56,225 bases of DNA from a virus (taxonomy: Duplodnaviria; Caudoviricetes): the IMG/VR virus record IMGVR_UViG_3300044614_000423, positions 1 through 56,225 of that record; one strand, given 5' to 3'. Below, piece after piece: positions 39,839 through 47,960 of this stretch (its first letter is position 1; each line of letters opens with the position of its first letter). The position numbers were made by a program, and so were the translations under genes. The notes under the pieces are model-generated. The model did not search any database. It was given only the letters and a program-made list of their open reading frames with translations, and was not told the DNA's origin.

Positions 39839-40053
39839 AGGTAACCCCCTACACCACGAAGTCCGGTATTCAGATCGGGTGCAACTACCAGCCCCCGCAG
39901 AATTGGGAGGCGAGTGCTGACATGGAAAGGCTCCAGTCATCACTGCTCGATCCCGAGTACCGGCCTACGGCTGAACGCTTTTGGGACGCCGTCCTTTGGA
40001 CTGCCAGTGTCGCATTGCTTGCGATGCTCATTATAGGAGTACACTATGCGTGA
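39835..40053 (+). CDS. Small membrane protein
   Basis: MKVTPYTTKSGIQIG, C-terminal TM helix; ATGA overlap. Confidence 0.7.
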   Translation: MKVTPYTTKSGIQIGCNYQPPQNWEASADMERLQSSLLDPEYRPTAERFWDAVLWTASVALLAMLIIGVHYA

Positions 40054-40237
40054 CGACGATATCGAGCTGGAAGAGGACGAGGGCGCGAACACTTGCCCCA
40101 TCTGCAACGCAGGGATGGCCACCAAGTGTCTGCAGTCAAAGACTGACCCCCGGCACGACATCTTTTGGGCGAAATACGGGTACCAGTGCGAAGAGTGTGG
40201 TCACCAAGGCGACACATGGGAAGTACTGGGCGATTAG
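40046..40237 (+). CDS. Acidic zinc-ribbon protein
   Basis: AGGAG RBS; CPIC...CEECG. Confidence 0.7.
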   Translation: MRDDDIELEEDEGANTCPICNAGMATKCLQSKTDPRHDIFWAKYGYQCEECGHQGDTWEVLGD

Positions 40238-40244
40238 ACGATAC

Positions 40245-40273
40245 TTGACAGGTTATTACACCTGTGTTATAAT
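40245..40273 (+). promoter_or_regulatory. Early sigma70 promoter
   Basis: TTGACA-N17-TATAAT with CACCTGTGT. Confidence 0.85.
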
Positions 40274-40308
40274 TCATTCTTCATCAACACATAGAGGACA
40301 TTCAGATC

Positions 40309-41289
40309 ATGGCACACGAACTTAACTTCAATGCGGCAGGTAAAGCATCAATGGCGTACGCTGGAGAGACCCCTTGGCACGGCCTCGGACAGAAGCTCAC
40401 CCCGGACGCCCCCCTCGACGTTTGGACTCGCGAAGCGGGTCTGGACTGGGAGGTCAAAAAGGGCGCGATCGCCTACGAGGTGCGCGACGAGGAGGACAAT
40501 CCGGTTCGTATGCAGACCGTACCCGCACGCTGGGCACTGTACCGCTCCGACACTGGTGCGCCCTTGTCCGTCATGTCGAGCAATTACTACATCACCCAGC
40601 CCCGCGCCGTGATGGAGTTCTTCCGCGACCTGACTGAAGGCGGCGACTTCAAGATGGAGACCGCCGGGGTCCTGCGCAACGGCTCCACCTACTGGGCGTT
40701 GGCCAAGGCCGAAGATTCGTTCGACGTAGGCGGCGGTGACGTGGTCCTACCTTACCTACTGCTCGCGACGTCTTGCGACGGCTCGATGTCGAACACTGCG
40801 CAGTTCACGACCACCCGTGTGGTGTGCAATAACACGCTGTCGCTGGCCGTGGCGAACAAGACTGGCCAAATCCGCGTGCCGCACAGCACCCAGTTCAACG
40901 CCGACAAGTTCAAGGCCGAGTTGGGACTGTGCGCGGACACTTGGAGCCAGTTCAAGACGAACGCGACCACGCTGTCCAAGCGCAAGGTGTCGAAAGAGGA
41001 GGCGGCTCGCTACTTCCTCGACGTGTTCTACGGCGACGAAGCCGAGTCGATCGACGTCGAAGCCAAGCGTCCAATGATCGAGCTGGTGACAAAGATCTAC
41101 CTCGACGGCGTGGGCCAGCGAGCCAAGACCGCGCAAGGCACCGCGTGGGGATTGCTGAACGCCGTCACCCGCTTCGCCGATCACGAGCGTAAGGCCGCGT
41201 CCCGCGACACCCGCTTGCAATCCGCGTGGTTCGGTGCTGGTGCGCGACTGAAACGCGACGCATTGACACAGGCGATGGCTCTGGTATAA
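40309..41289 (+). CDS. DUF932 / TIGR03299 phage-plasmid protein
   Basis: PWHGLG, AGLDWEV, RVVCNNT, GTAWGLLNAVT. Confidence 0.9.
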   Translation: MAHELNFNAAGKASMAYAGETPWHGLGQKLTPDAPLDVWTREAGLDWEVKKGAIAYEVRDEEDNPVRMQTVPARWALYRSDTGAPLSVMSSNYYITQPRAVMEFFRDLTEGGDFKMETAGVLRNGSTYWALAKAEDSFDVGGGDVVLPYLLLATSCDGSMSNTAQFTTTRVVCNNTLSLAVANKTGQIRVPHSTQFNADKFKAELGLCADTWSQFKTNATTLSKRKVSKEEAARYFLDVFYGDEAESIDVEAKRPMIELVTKIYLDGVGQRAKTAQGTAWGLLNAVTRFADHERKAASRDTRLQSAWFGAGARLKRDALTQAMALV

Positions 41290-41328
41290 TGGGGCCTTCA
41301 TGGAACCCGCAGTTGCCATGGAACTTCA

Positions 41329-41353
41329 AGGGGGCTTCGGCCCCCTCTTTTTT
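41329..41353 (+). terminator. Rho-independent terminator
   Basis: AGGGGGC-TTCG-GCCCCCT followed by CTTTTTT. Confidence 0.9.
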
Positions 41354-41376
41354 AAACACATAGAGGAAACTGTATT

Positions 41377-42123
41377 ATGGCTCGAATAGTCTGGTCACAC
41401 ATCGAAAAAGGCGCAGTCTTCGCCCGCATGGAGCAAGTCTTTCGCCAGTACCCCAATACCACACGCAAACAGGCATTGCGGGAAGCGCAGTCCGTGCTCA
41501 ATTCCAGCCGCTGGGTGAAGATCACCGATCAGCGCGTGTTCAACTACAAAGACCGCATCGACATTGCCCAGCAACGTGCGTTGCAAGCGTCGAGAAGAAC
41601 GCCCGAGAAGGCCGTCGAAGCCCCCGCCCCTATACTAGCCCCGACCCCTGTACCCGAGCGCAAGGAAGACCCCAAGACGAGGCTCGCGGATATACTCGAG
41701 CTACTACTGGACGTCGTCGCCGAGTCCGTGGCGGCCCGGGTTGCGGCGAAGGTAGCGGATCTCCCCGCCCGGCAATTCCAGCCCGGTATCTCTCTTACCG
41801 AACATCGTCCGAAGCACGACCCCCAGCCGATTCCACATCCCACCGGCGTGGCAAAACCCGGCGTGCTAGTGATCGGACTACTACCGGCACAGGCGTACCA
41901 AATTGTCTCGGCAGTCGGCGATCGGCTGGACCTGACCTTCTACACGGCCGAGGATGCTGTGCACAAGCCCAAGCTCGTCCGAGCGCACACGGTATTGATG
42001 ACCAAGTTCATTTCGCACGCCGTGCAGGACAAATACCGAAAGGCCACCGATCTGCGTTTCTGCAACGGTAGCACGGGCGAACTCGTGAAGATACTTGACA
42101 GCATTGTCCCACCTGTGTTATAA
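41377..42123 (+). CDS. Hypothetical two-domain protein
   Basis: ACATAGAGGA RBS; Pro-rich linker; alpha/beta C-terminal domain. Confidence 0.8.
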   Translation: MARIVWSHIEKGAVFARMEQVFRQYPNTTRKQALREAQSVLNSSRWVKITDQRVFNYKDRIDIAQQRALQASRRTPEKAVEAPAPILAPTPVPERKEDPKTRLADILELLLDVVAESVAARVAAKVADLPARQFQPGISLTEHRPKHDPQPIPHPTGVAKPGVLVIGLLPAQAYQIVSAVGDRLDLTFYTAEDAVHKPKLVRAHTVLMTKFISHAVQDKYRKATDLRFCNGSTGELVKILDSIVPPVL

Positions 42124-42124
42124 T
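42095..42124 (+). promoter_or_regulatory. Early sigma70 promoter
   Basis: TTGACA-N18-TATAAT with CACCTGTGT. Confidence 0.85.
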
Positions 42125-42158
42125 ATAACCTTTTTAACAACACATAGAGGACACCACC

Positions 42159-42413
42159 ATGCAGACTACCACTACAAGCGTCGAGCAATCCATGTACGGT
42201 TGCGACATTGAAGCGTTCAAGGACTCCGTTCGCCGTTCGATCACTTACCGATTCACCGGCGGCAACATGGTCGTCGCGGGCCTGATGTCCGACGCCCAAG
42301 AGCTGATGGCTATGGGCCAATCCGAGACCGCACGCCAGTACCTGAACCGCGCAAAGGCGATCCTGTTCGACATCATGGACGGCAAAATGTCCGGCGGCGC
42401 GGAGGTGAAGTAA
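42159..42413 (+). CDS. Hypothetical early protein
   Basis: ACATAGAGGACA RBS. Confidence 0.8.
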   Translation: MQTTTTSVEQSMYGCDIEAFKDSVRRSITYRFTGGNMVVAGLMSDAQELMAMGQSETARQYLNRAKAILFDIMDGKMSGGAEVK

Positions 42414-42634
42414 TGAACCGCACGATCTCCTACACTGACCTCGCGGCGGTCTTCCGTCGCAAGTTCGCCGAGTACGACGCCCATATGTGCGACAACGCTC
42501 TGCGCGACTGCTACGACGCGATGCTCGCCGTGGGCGAGACAACTGACCCCGAATACGCCCGGAAGTTGTGGTGCGAAATCGACGCCATCCGCGACCGCCA
42601 AATGCTGTTGAAGAAAAAAGGAGCCTATGTATGA
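42413..42634 (+). CDS. Hypothetical protein
   Basis: GGAGGT RBS, TAATG coupling. Confidence 0.75.
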   Translation: MNRTISYTDLAAVFRRKFAEYDAHMCDNALRDCYDAMLAVGETTDPEYARKLWCEIDAIRDRQMLLKKKGAYV

Positions 42635-42903
42635 TGATTCAAAACGCTACCATGAACCTGATCGACGCGATCGTTAACCGGGACCTGATCCCTTTCGCCT
42701 ACTCGGGCCGCTTCATGTACGGGCAGGACTGCGTCGCGTGCGTCGTGGACGAGGGGTCCGACATGGAAGGACTGCCGAAAGAGGGGGCCACGGTGGACCA
42801 AATGGGCAAAGGCTACGTGGTCTACTGGTCCCGCGTCGAATGGACCGACGGGGTGCAAGAGTACGTCGACACCCTGCTCGATCCCTCGGGAAAGGCCGAA
42901 TGA
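42631..42903 (+). CDS. Hypothetical protein
   Basis: AAGGAG RBS; YSGRFMYG..C, DQMGKGYVVYW. Confidence 0.75.
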   Translation: MMIQNATMNLIDAIVNRDLIPFAYSGRFMYGQDCVACVVDEGSDMEGLPKEGATVDQMGKGYVVYWSRVEWTDGVQEYVDTLLDPSGKAE

Positions 42904-42927
42904 CCCTATTCGCAGTAGGGTCATTTG
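42900..42927 (+). terminator. Terminator-like hairpin
   Basis: ATGACCCTAT-tcgca-GTAGGGTCAT-TT. Confidence 0.55.
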
Positions 42928-42937
42928 AGGGGGGTAC

Positions 42938-42967
42938 TTGACAAACCCATTGCACCCGTGTTATAAT
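42938..42967 (+). promoter_or_regulatory. Early sigma70 promoter
   Basis: TTGACA-N18-TATAAT with CACCCGTGT. Confidence 0.85.
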
Positions 42968-43034
42968 TCAGTTTCTGGATCGATAAAAAGATCCGGAGAC
43001 CCACAACCCGATAATCTTATAGAGGACACACACC

Positions 43035-43538
43035 ATGAAAATCGCAACACGCACAGCTACTAAGACCCAAGTCGAAATCGTCTCCGTGAACGGCGGCTGG
43101 ACCAAGATCCGCGCAATCGGCCAGCAAAAGATCATCAACGTGCGCAACGGCGAATTGACCGGCCACACCGAGATCACCAAGGCCACGCCCGTGACCGCCG
43201 AACTCGTGATCGAAAAGGCCCGCACCTCCGCTCGCGTCAAGATGGACATCAACGAGCGTAAAAACGGCAAAGTCGATCCGCTCTACTTGCCCCAGTACAC
43301 CGCGTACGCCATCCAGTTGGCCGACGGCACGAAAAAGCGTTCGATCGACAAGGGCGACACCGTGGCCGTGGCACTGCGCAAGCTGACCCTCGACGCCGTG
43401 TACGCGACAGCGTCCAGCGCGACTGGCATCTCCCAAGTCGGCCTCCGCGACCGTTTCGCCCACCTGAACCCCGGCATGCAACGCATGAACCTCGGTAACA
43501 TGATCCGCAAAGCCATGAAGGAAGCCGCAAATGCTTAA
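43035..43538 (+). CDS. Basic early protein
   Basis: ATAGAGGACA RBS; C-terminal HLNPGMQRMNLGNMIRKA. Confidence 0.8.
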   Translation: MKIATRTATKTQVEIVSVNGGWTKIRAIGQQKIINVRNGELTGHTEITKATPVTAELVIEKARTSARVKMDINERKNGKVDPLYLPQYTAYAIQLADGTKKRSIDKGDTVAVALRKLTLDAVYATASSATGISQVGLRDRFAHLNPGMQRMNLGNMIRKAMKEAANA

Positions 43539-43746
43539 TACCAAAAAAGAAGTCCGGGTGCGCTTGCACTCGGCCACCCTCACGGGTGAAATGCTACTGG
43601 ACGGCCAGCGCATCGCCTTCCGCGCCGAAATCGACGGCGGCAAGGTGGATGCGTGGTTCGATCCGGTGAAAGAGGGCCAGCACATCGATCGCTGGCTCGC
43701 TTTCCGCGCCTTGGACCGCTGGATCGACGACAACTTGAGAGGATGA
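43531..43746 (+). CDS. Hypothetical protein
   Basis: AAGGA RBS, 71 aa. Confidence 0.7.
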   Translation: MLNTKKEVRVRLHSATLTGEMLLDGQRIAFRAEIDGGKVDAWFDPVKEGQHIDRWLAFRALDRWIDDNLRG

Positions 43747-43961
43747 ATATGCAATACGAAAAGATGACCCCTAGGACCGTCGCGCACCTGATCGCGGTGG
43801 GCTGGATTGACGACGCCTTCTACGGCAAGACGGCGGACTTGGACGATCTCTCTCCGGCCCGCCAGCGCGACGTGCGCATCCAGCTGGCCAAAATCCGCCA
43901 GCGGCTCACGGACGACGCTAAGCTCGACGGCTTGCCGCTCGATTTGGAGCGCGTGGCGTGA
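43743..43961 (+). CDS. Hypothetical protein
   Basis: ATG 43743 or 43749, GAGAGG RBS. Confidence 0.65.
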   Translation: MNMQYEKMTPRTVAHLIAVGWIDDAFYGKTADLDDLSPARQRDVRIQLAKIRQRLTDDAKLDGLPLDLERVA

Positions 43962-44083
43962 CGCAGACTTGTGCGAAATGCAAAGTCGAGCGACTGGCTG
44001 GCGGCGGCGTCGAAACCCGCCCCGGCCGGTGGCTGTGTGCCCGGTGTTGGGTCCAGTTCACCCAACGGCGACTGGGGTATTGA
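43958..44083 (+). CDS. 41-aa zinc-finger peptide
   Basis: GTGA overlap, GGAG RBS; MTQTCAKCKVERLAGGGVETRPGRWLCARCWVQFTQRRLGY*; below the ORF-track cutoff. Confidence 0.6.
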   Translation: MTQTCAKCKVERLAGGGVETRPGRWLCARCWVQFTQRRLGY

Positions 44084-44109
44084 CAAAGGTATCGCACCTG
44101 TGTTATAAT
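44080..44109 (+). promoter_or_regulatory. Early sigma70 promoter
   Basis: TTGACA-N18-TATAAT with CACCTGTGT. Confidence 0.85.
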
Positions 44110-44144
44110 ACGTCTTTTTTAACCAACAGATAGAGGACAACACC

Positions 44145-44420
44145 ATGAACAAGCAACGCCGCGCCAAAGTAGAAGCCGAAGTACTCGCCGCCCAAACCGC
44201 GATCGAAGCCCTGCGTTTCGCTCTGCAGAACCTGCAAGACCTCGCGAACGAAGAGCAAGAGTGCTTCGACAACATGCCCGAAGGCCTCCAAGCGTCCGAC
44301 AACGGTCAGCGCATCGAAGAGATCGCCCAAGCGTTCGATTCGGCCAATAGCACGTTCGAATCCGCGATCGACGACGTCGAGTCCGCGCTGGAAGAGATCA
44401 CCGAAGCCGTCAACCAGTAA
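44145..44420 (+). CDS. Acidic helical phage protein
   Basis: MNKQRR..EEQECFDNMPEGLQ; ATAGAGGACA RBS. Confidence 0.8.
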   Translation: MNKQRRAKVEAEVLAAQTAIEALRFALQNLQDLANEEQECFDNMPEGLQASDNGQRIEEIAQAFDSANSTFESAIDDVESALEEITEAVNQ

Positions 44421-44433
44421 AAGGAGCCGAACC

Positions 44434-44862
44434 ATGGACTTTGTACCCCTGACCGAACACTCCCCCCGTCCCAGTGGGGACCCCAACTACGTGCCTTGGT
44501 GGGCAAAGGGCGAGTACGCCCGCGCCAACGGCACAAAATACACGACCGAATCGGGCGTCACGATCGTCGGCGGCCGGGCCACCGGAAGGCTTCCCGTGGC
44601 TCCGAGACCCGCCCCGGTACTTACACCCCAACCCCGGGCGGCAAGCGTCCCGGAGACCCCACGGAAGGCCTCGGCGACCCCTCGGGAACCCGATCTGGCC
44701 CAGCGGCTGGTGGCCAAGTGCCCCTTCCCCGTCTTGCGCGTCGCCCTGTGCAACGAGTACGGCATCAATCCGGCGATTCTGGACGCCCCGAACAACGGCG
44801 TCGCGACGATGCGACTGCTCAACGCACTGCGGAAGGCCTTGAAAGATAGGGGGACGGCATGA
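44434..44862 (+). CDS. Hypothetical protein
   Basis: AAGGAG RBS; Pro-rich linker; C-terminal NNGVATMRLLNALRKA. Confidence 0.75.
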   Translation: MDFVPLTEHSPRPSGDPNYVPWWAKGEYARANGTKYTTESGVTIVGGRATGRLPVAPRPAPVLTPQPRAASVPETPRKASATPREPDLAQRLVAKCPFPVLRVALCNEYGINPAILDAPNNGVATMRLLNALRKALKDRGTA

Positions 44863-44976
44863 CACGGAAGCCCTCCGGAGACGCTTGAGATATGCCAAGC
44901 TATTACCATACCGGTACTATATCCTCCAGCGCAAGGAAGACCCCAAGGAAGGCCTCGGAGAGGTATTGGAGCGACC

Positions 44977-45423
44977 ATGCGACTACCTGAACAGAAGCTC
45001 TACGACTGGCTGGTCCGCAAAATCGGCCACCGGGCACTGCTGGAACGTGTCGAGAACCGGGTGAAAAAAGACACCCCGGACCTGTACTTCGCCACCCACG
45101 CCACCGCCTACGCCGACTACCGCCCGGTATCCGGCTGGATCGAACTCAAGGTACTCGACGCCTTCCCCGTCAAAGCCACCACAACCGTCAAGCTTCCCCA
45201 CTGGACCAACGGCCAACGCTACTGGGCGATTCGGCACCGAAAACACGGCGGCAACACGTGGCTCGTGGTCCAAGTCGGCGACGAAGTCTTCGTGTTCAAC
45301 GCCGTGGAAGTGGCTCACAGCGACTGGACCCAAGCCGAATGGCGTACTTACGCCCAAGTGCTCCACCGCCGTGACTGTAGCACCGAAGCCGTACTTGCGG
45401 CACTGCGCGAATTCGTGGTTTAA
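44977..45423 (+). CDS. PD-(D/E)xK nuclease (VRR-NUC / Holliday resolvase-like)
   Basis: E..RVEN..TPD..WIELK..Q..W..GG motif pattern. Confidence 0.8.
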   Translation: MRLPEQKLYDWLVRKIGHRALLERVENRVKKDTPDLYFATHATAYADYRPVSGWIELKVLDAFPVKATTTVKLPHWTNGQRYWAIRHRKHGGNTWLVVQVGDEVFVFNAVEVAHSDWTQAEWRTYAQVLHRRDCSTEAVLAALREFVV

Positions 45424-45491
45424 TTCGTTCACGGCGTGCAATGCGCTGTACTCGCGTCGCGCCCCTCGACGCTGGTGGAACAAGAAAAGCA

Positions 45492-45812
45492 ACGTTCCAC
45501 CGTTCCATTAAGATGGAACGCACAATGGAACGCTCCTCCCATTCGAAAAAAGACCCGGTGTTCCATTGTTACACACGCACGCGGGGGTACTGCCCTGTCA
45601 ACGGCATGGTTTAATATATATGGGTATATGATGGAACGATGGTACACGGGCTGTGTGTCTCGAAACCCGCGTCGGACGGGGCTTGTGAGGCAGTAGTGCG
45701 TTCCATCACCGTTCCATCATTATGGAACACGAGGGGATTTCCAGACGTCGAATATTCTTCCACCACCACTTAGGGCTTCTCTCAGGGCTTCTCGTGTACG
45801 CGCATGAAAGCG
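45492..45812. repeat. Iteron-rich noncoding element B; inverted homologue of 24395-24680
   Basis: About ten GTTCCA/TGGAAC motifs and a shared hairpin; upstream of terS. Confidence 0.8.
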
Positions 45813-45910
45813 TTATAACTCCGCGTTATGCTCCGGCGATTCGTTATAACGGTCCGGCAGACAAAGCCGGGTATTGTGTGCCGCGTGGCATTTGTGGTTT
45901 AATTCGCTCC

Positions 45911-46570
45911 ATGGCCTTACCTGACGAACGCAAACTGCTAAAAGACATCGGACCTGAGACGATCGCCGAATACGAGCGTCGTGCCGGGATTTCTGTGCAA
46001 ACACTGCTGGACGCCGTGGTGCGTGACCGCGTGCGACACCCGCCCAGTCCCTCGTGCCTTATGTCCCACTCTCCCACGTGCAACGACCCAAGCATCACGG
46101 CAACGGACGAGCTTGCACTACTTGAGGAGACAAAGGCGTACAAAATGCTACAGATTATCGCCGAATTCCGTGATGGTCCGCCCGAGTCGCGCTTTTCCTT
46201 ACGCCACGCTTACAACACGGCGGGCATCCATCGGCAAACGCTGATCGGCTGGCGCGGTGACCACAAGCTGTTCGACGGCATCATGGACAGCATTCAGGAA
46301 GAAATGGTCGATACGATGCGTGCCGAAGCGTACCGTCGCTCTGTCGTGGGACACGACGAGCCGATCGTGCATCAGGGCGTCAAAACGGGCGACACAGTGA
46401 AAAAGTTTAGTGATTCACTGCTCCAGTTCACGCTCATGGGGTACGACGCGAAATTCCGCTCGAAAGACGTCAACATGAACGTGTCGGGCCAGCTGGACTC
46501 GAACATCAATATTGAGGGTCTCCGTGATCGCCTTGCCCAACGTCTTAACTCGCGCTCAAAGGCGGAGTAA
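45911..46570 (+). CDS. terS: Terminase small subunit
   Basis: HTH-like GIHRQTLIGW, EAYRRSVVG, KFSDSLL; upstream of terL; start uncertain. Confidence 0.8.
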   Translation: MALPDERKLLKDIGPETIAEYERRAGISVQTLLDAVVRDRVRHPPSPSCLMSHSPTCNDPSITATDELALLEETKAYKMLQIIAEFRDGPPESRFSLRHAYNTAGIHRQTLIGWRGDHKLFDGIMDSIQEEMVDTMRAEAYRRSVVGHDEPIVHQGVKTGDTVKKFSDSLLQFTLMGYDAKFRSKDVNMNVSGQLDSNINIEGLRDRLAQRLNSRSKAE

Positions 46571-47960
46571 AAAGTCGACGATTGTCGACTCGGCGAACTG
46601 GCACGAGTTCGTGGACGAACTGTCGGACCGCGAAGCACTCGAACTCTTTTACGACTGGCAAACGTGGGCACGGCCCAACCAGCTTATTCCACCCGGGGAC
46701 GACTGGACCATCTGGATGATCCTCGCCGGACGTGGCTGGGGAAAGACCCGGTGTGGTGCCGAATTCGTGCGCTACCACGCCGAAAACGGACTAGCGGGCC
46801 GCATTGCACTGATCGCCGAGGACGCGGGCGACGCACGTGACGTTATGGTGGAGGGCGAGTCCGGCATTTTGGCCATCTCGCATCCCAAATGCAAGCCGGT
46901 ATTCGTCCCATCGAAGCGGCGACTCGAGTGGCCCAACGGTGCGATCGCCACGATCTATTCGGACAACGACCCCGAGACACTGCGGGGACCACAGCACGAT
47001 TTGGCGTGGGTGGACGAACTGGCGAAATTCCGCAACGCAGAAGATATGTGGTCCAACTTGATGTTCGGCCTGCGACTTGGGCAAAAGCCCCGCGTTTGCA
47101 TCACCACAACACCAAAACCCATCCCGATCGTCCGTCGCTTGATTAACGAGGACCGCGTGTACGTAACCACGGGCACGACACACGAGAATTTTAATAACCT
47201 CGCACCCACGTTTCGCGACGAAATCGTGTCGCAGTACGAGGGCACACGCATTGGGCGGCAAGAGCTGTACGCGGAGGTCATTGACCCCGAAGACTACGGC
47301 ATCGTCAAGCGCGAGTGGTTCAAGCTGTGGGACGCGAACAAGCCACTGCCCGAATTCATTTATGTGCTCCAGTCTTACGACTGCGCGTACACGGAAAAGA
47401 CGCAAAACGATCCGACTGCGTGCTCAGTGTGGGGCATCTTTCGGCCGAATGAGGACACCGGACTTTGCGCGATGCTCATCGACTGCTGGGAGGACTTCCT
47501 CGCATACCCGGACCTGCGGCCCAAGATCATCGACGAGTACGGCTCCATCTACGGCGAACCCGGCAAAAAGGTGGACCTCGTGCTCGTGGAGGACAAAGCC
47601 TCGGGCATTAGCATTTTGCAGGACTTGCAACGTGCTGGTGTGCCTTGCCGCGCCTACAACCCGGGCCGCGCTGACAAAGTACAGCGTTTGCATTTGGTGG
47701 CAAACATCATTGCACATGGCCGCGTTTACATTCCCGAGTCGCTCGTCCACCGGGGCCAGCCACGCGATTGGGCAGAGCCGCTGGTGTCCCAAGTGTGCTC
47801 ATTCCCCGAGGCAGATCGGGACGACTTGACTGACACGCTGTCCCAAGCGTTGCGATTGCTAAAAGACATGTCATTCCTGCAGATCGATCCGATCCCACCG
47901 GACAACGATTACGTGGACGACGAATATCGACCCAACCGAGGCAACCCTTATGCCCAATAA
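46524..47960 (+). CDS. terL: Terminase large subunit
   Basis: AGRGWGKT, LRGPQ..WVDE, TTTP, YDCAY, EDKASG, DDLTD; start uncertain (GTG 46524 has a GAGGG RBS). Confidence 0.95.
   Translation: MIALPNVLTRAQRRSKKSTIVDSANWHEFVDELSDREALELFYDWQTWARPNQLIPPGDDWTIWMILAGRGWGKTRCGAEFVRYHAENGLAGRIALIAEDAGDARDVMVEGESGILAISHPKCKPVFVPSKRRLEWPNGAIATIYSDNDPETLRGPQHDLAWVDELAKFRNAEDMWSNLMFGLRLGQKPRVCITTTPKPIPIVRRLINEDRVYVTTGTTHENFNNLAPTFRDEIVSQYEGTRIGRQELYAEVIDPEDYGIVKREWFKLWDANKPLPEFIYVLQSYDCAYTEKTQNDPTACSVWGIFRPNEDTGLCAMLIDCWEDFLAYPDLRPKIIDEYGSIYGEPGKKVDLVLVEDKASGISILQDLQRAGVPCRAYNPGRADKVQRLHLVANIIAHGRVYIPESLVHRGQPRDWAEPLVSQVCSFPEADRDDLTDTLSQALRLLKDMSFLQIDPIPPDNDYVDDEYRPNRGNPYAQ

Noticed and set aside
45722-45910. 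N-terminal extension of TerS in the ORF track
   Set aside because: It overlaps noncoding element B; ATG 45911 or a later start is more plausible.
46500-46620. Programmed terS-terL frameshift
   Set aside because: A GTG at 46524 with a GAGGG RBS explains TerL initiation; no clear slippery heptamer.
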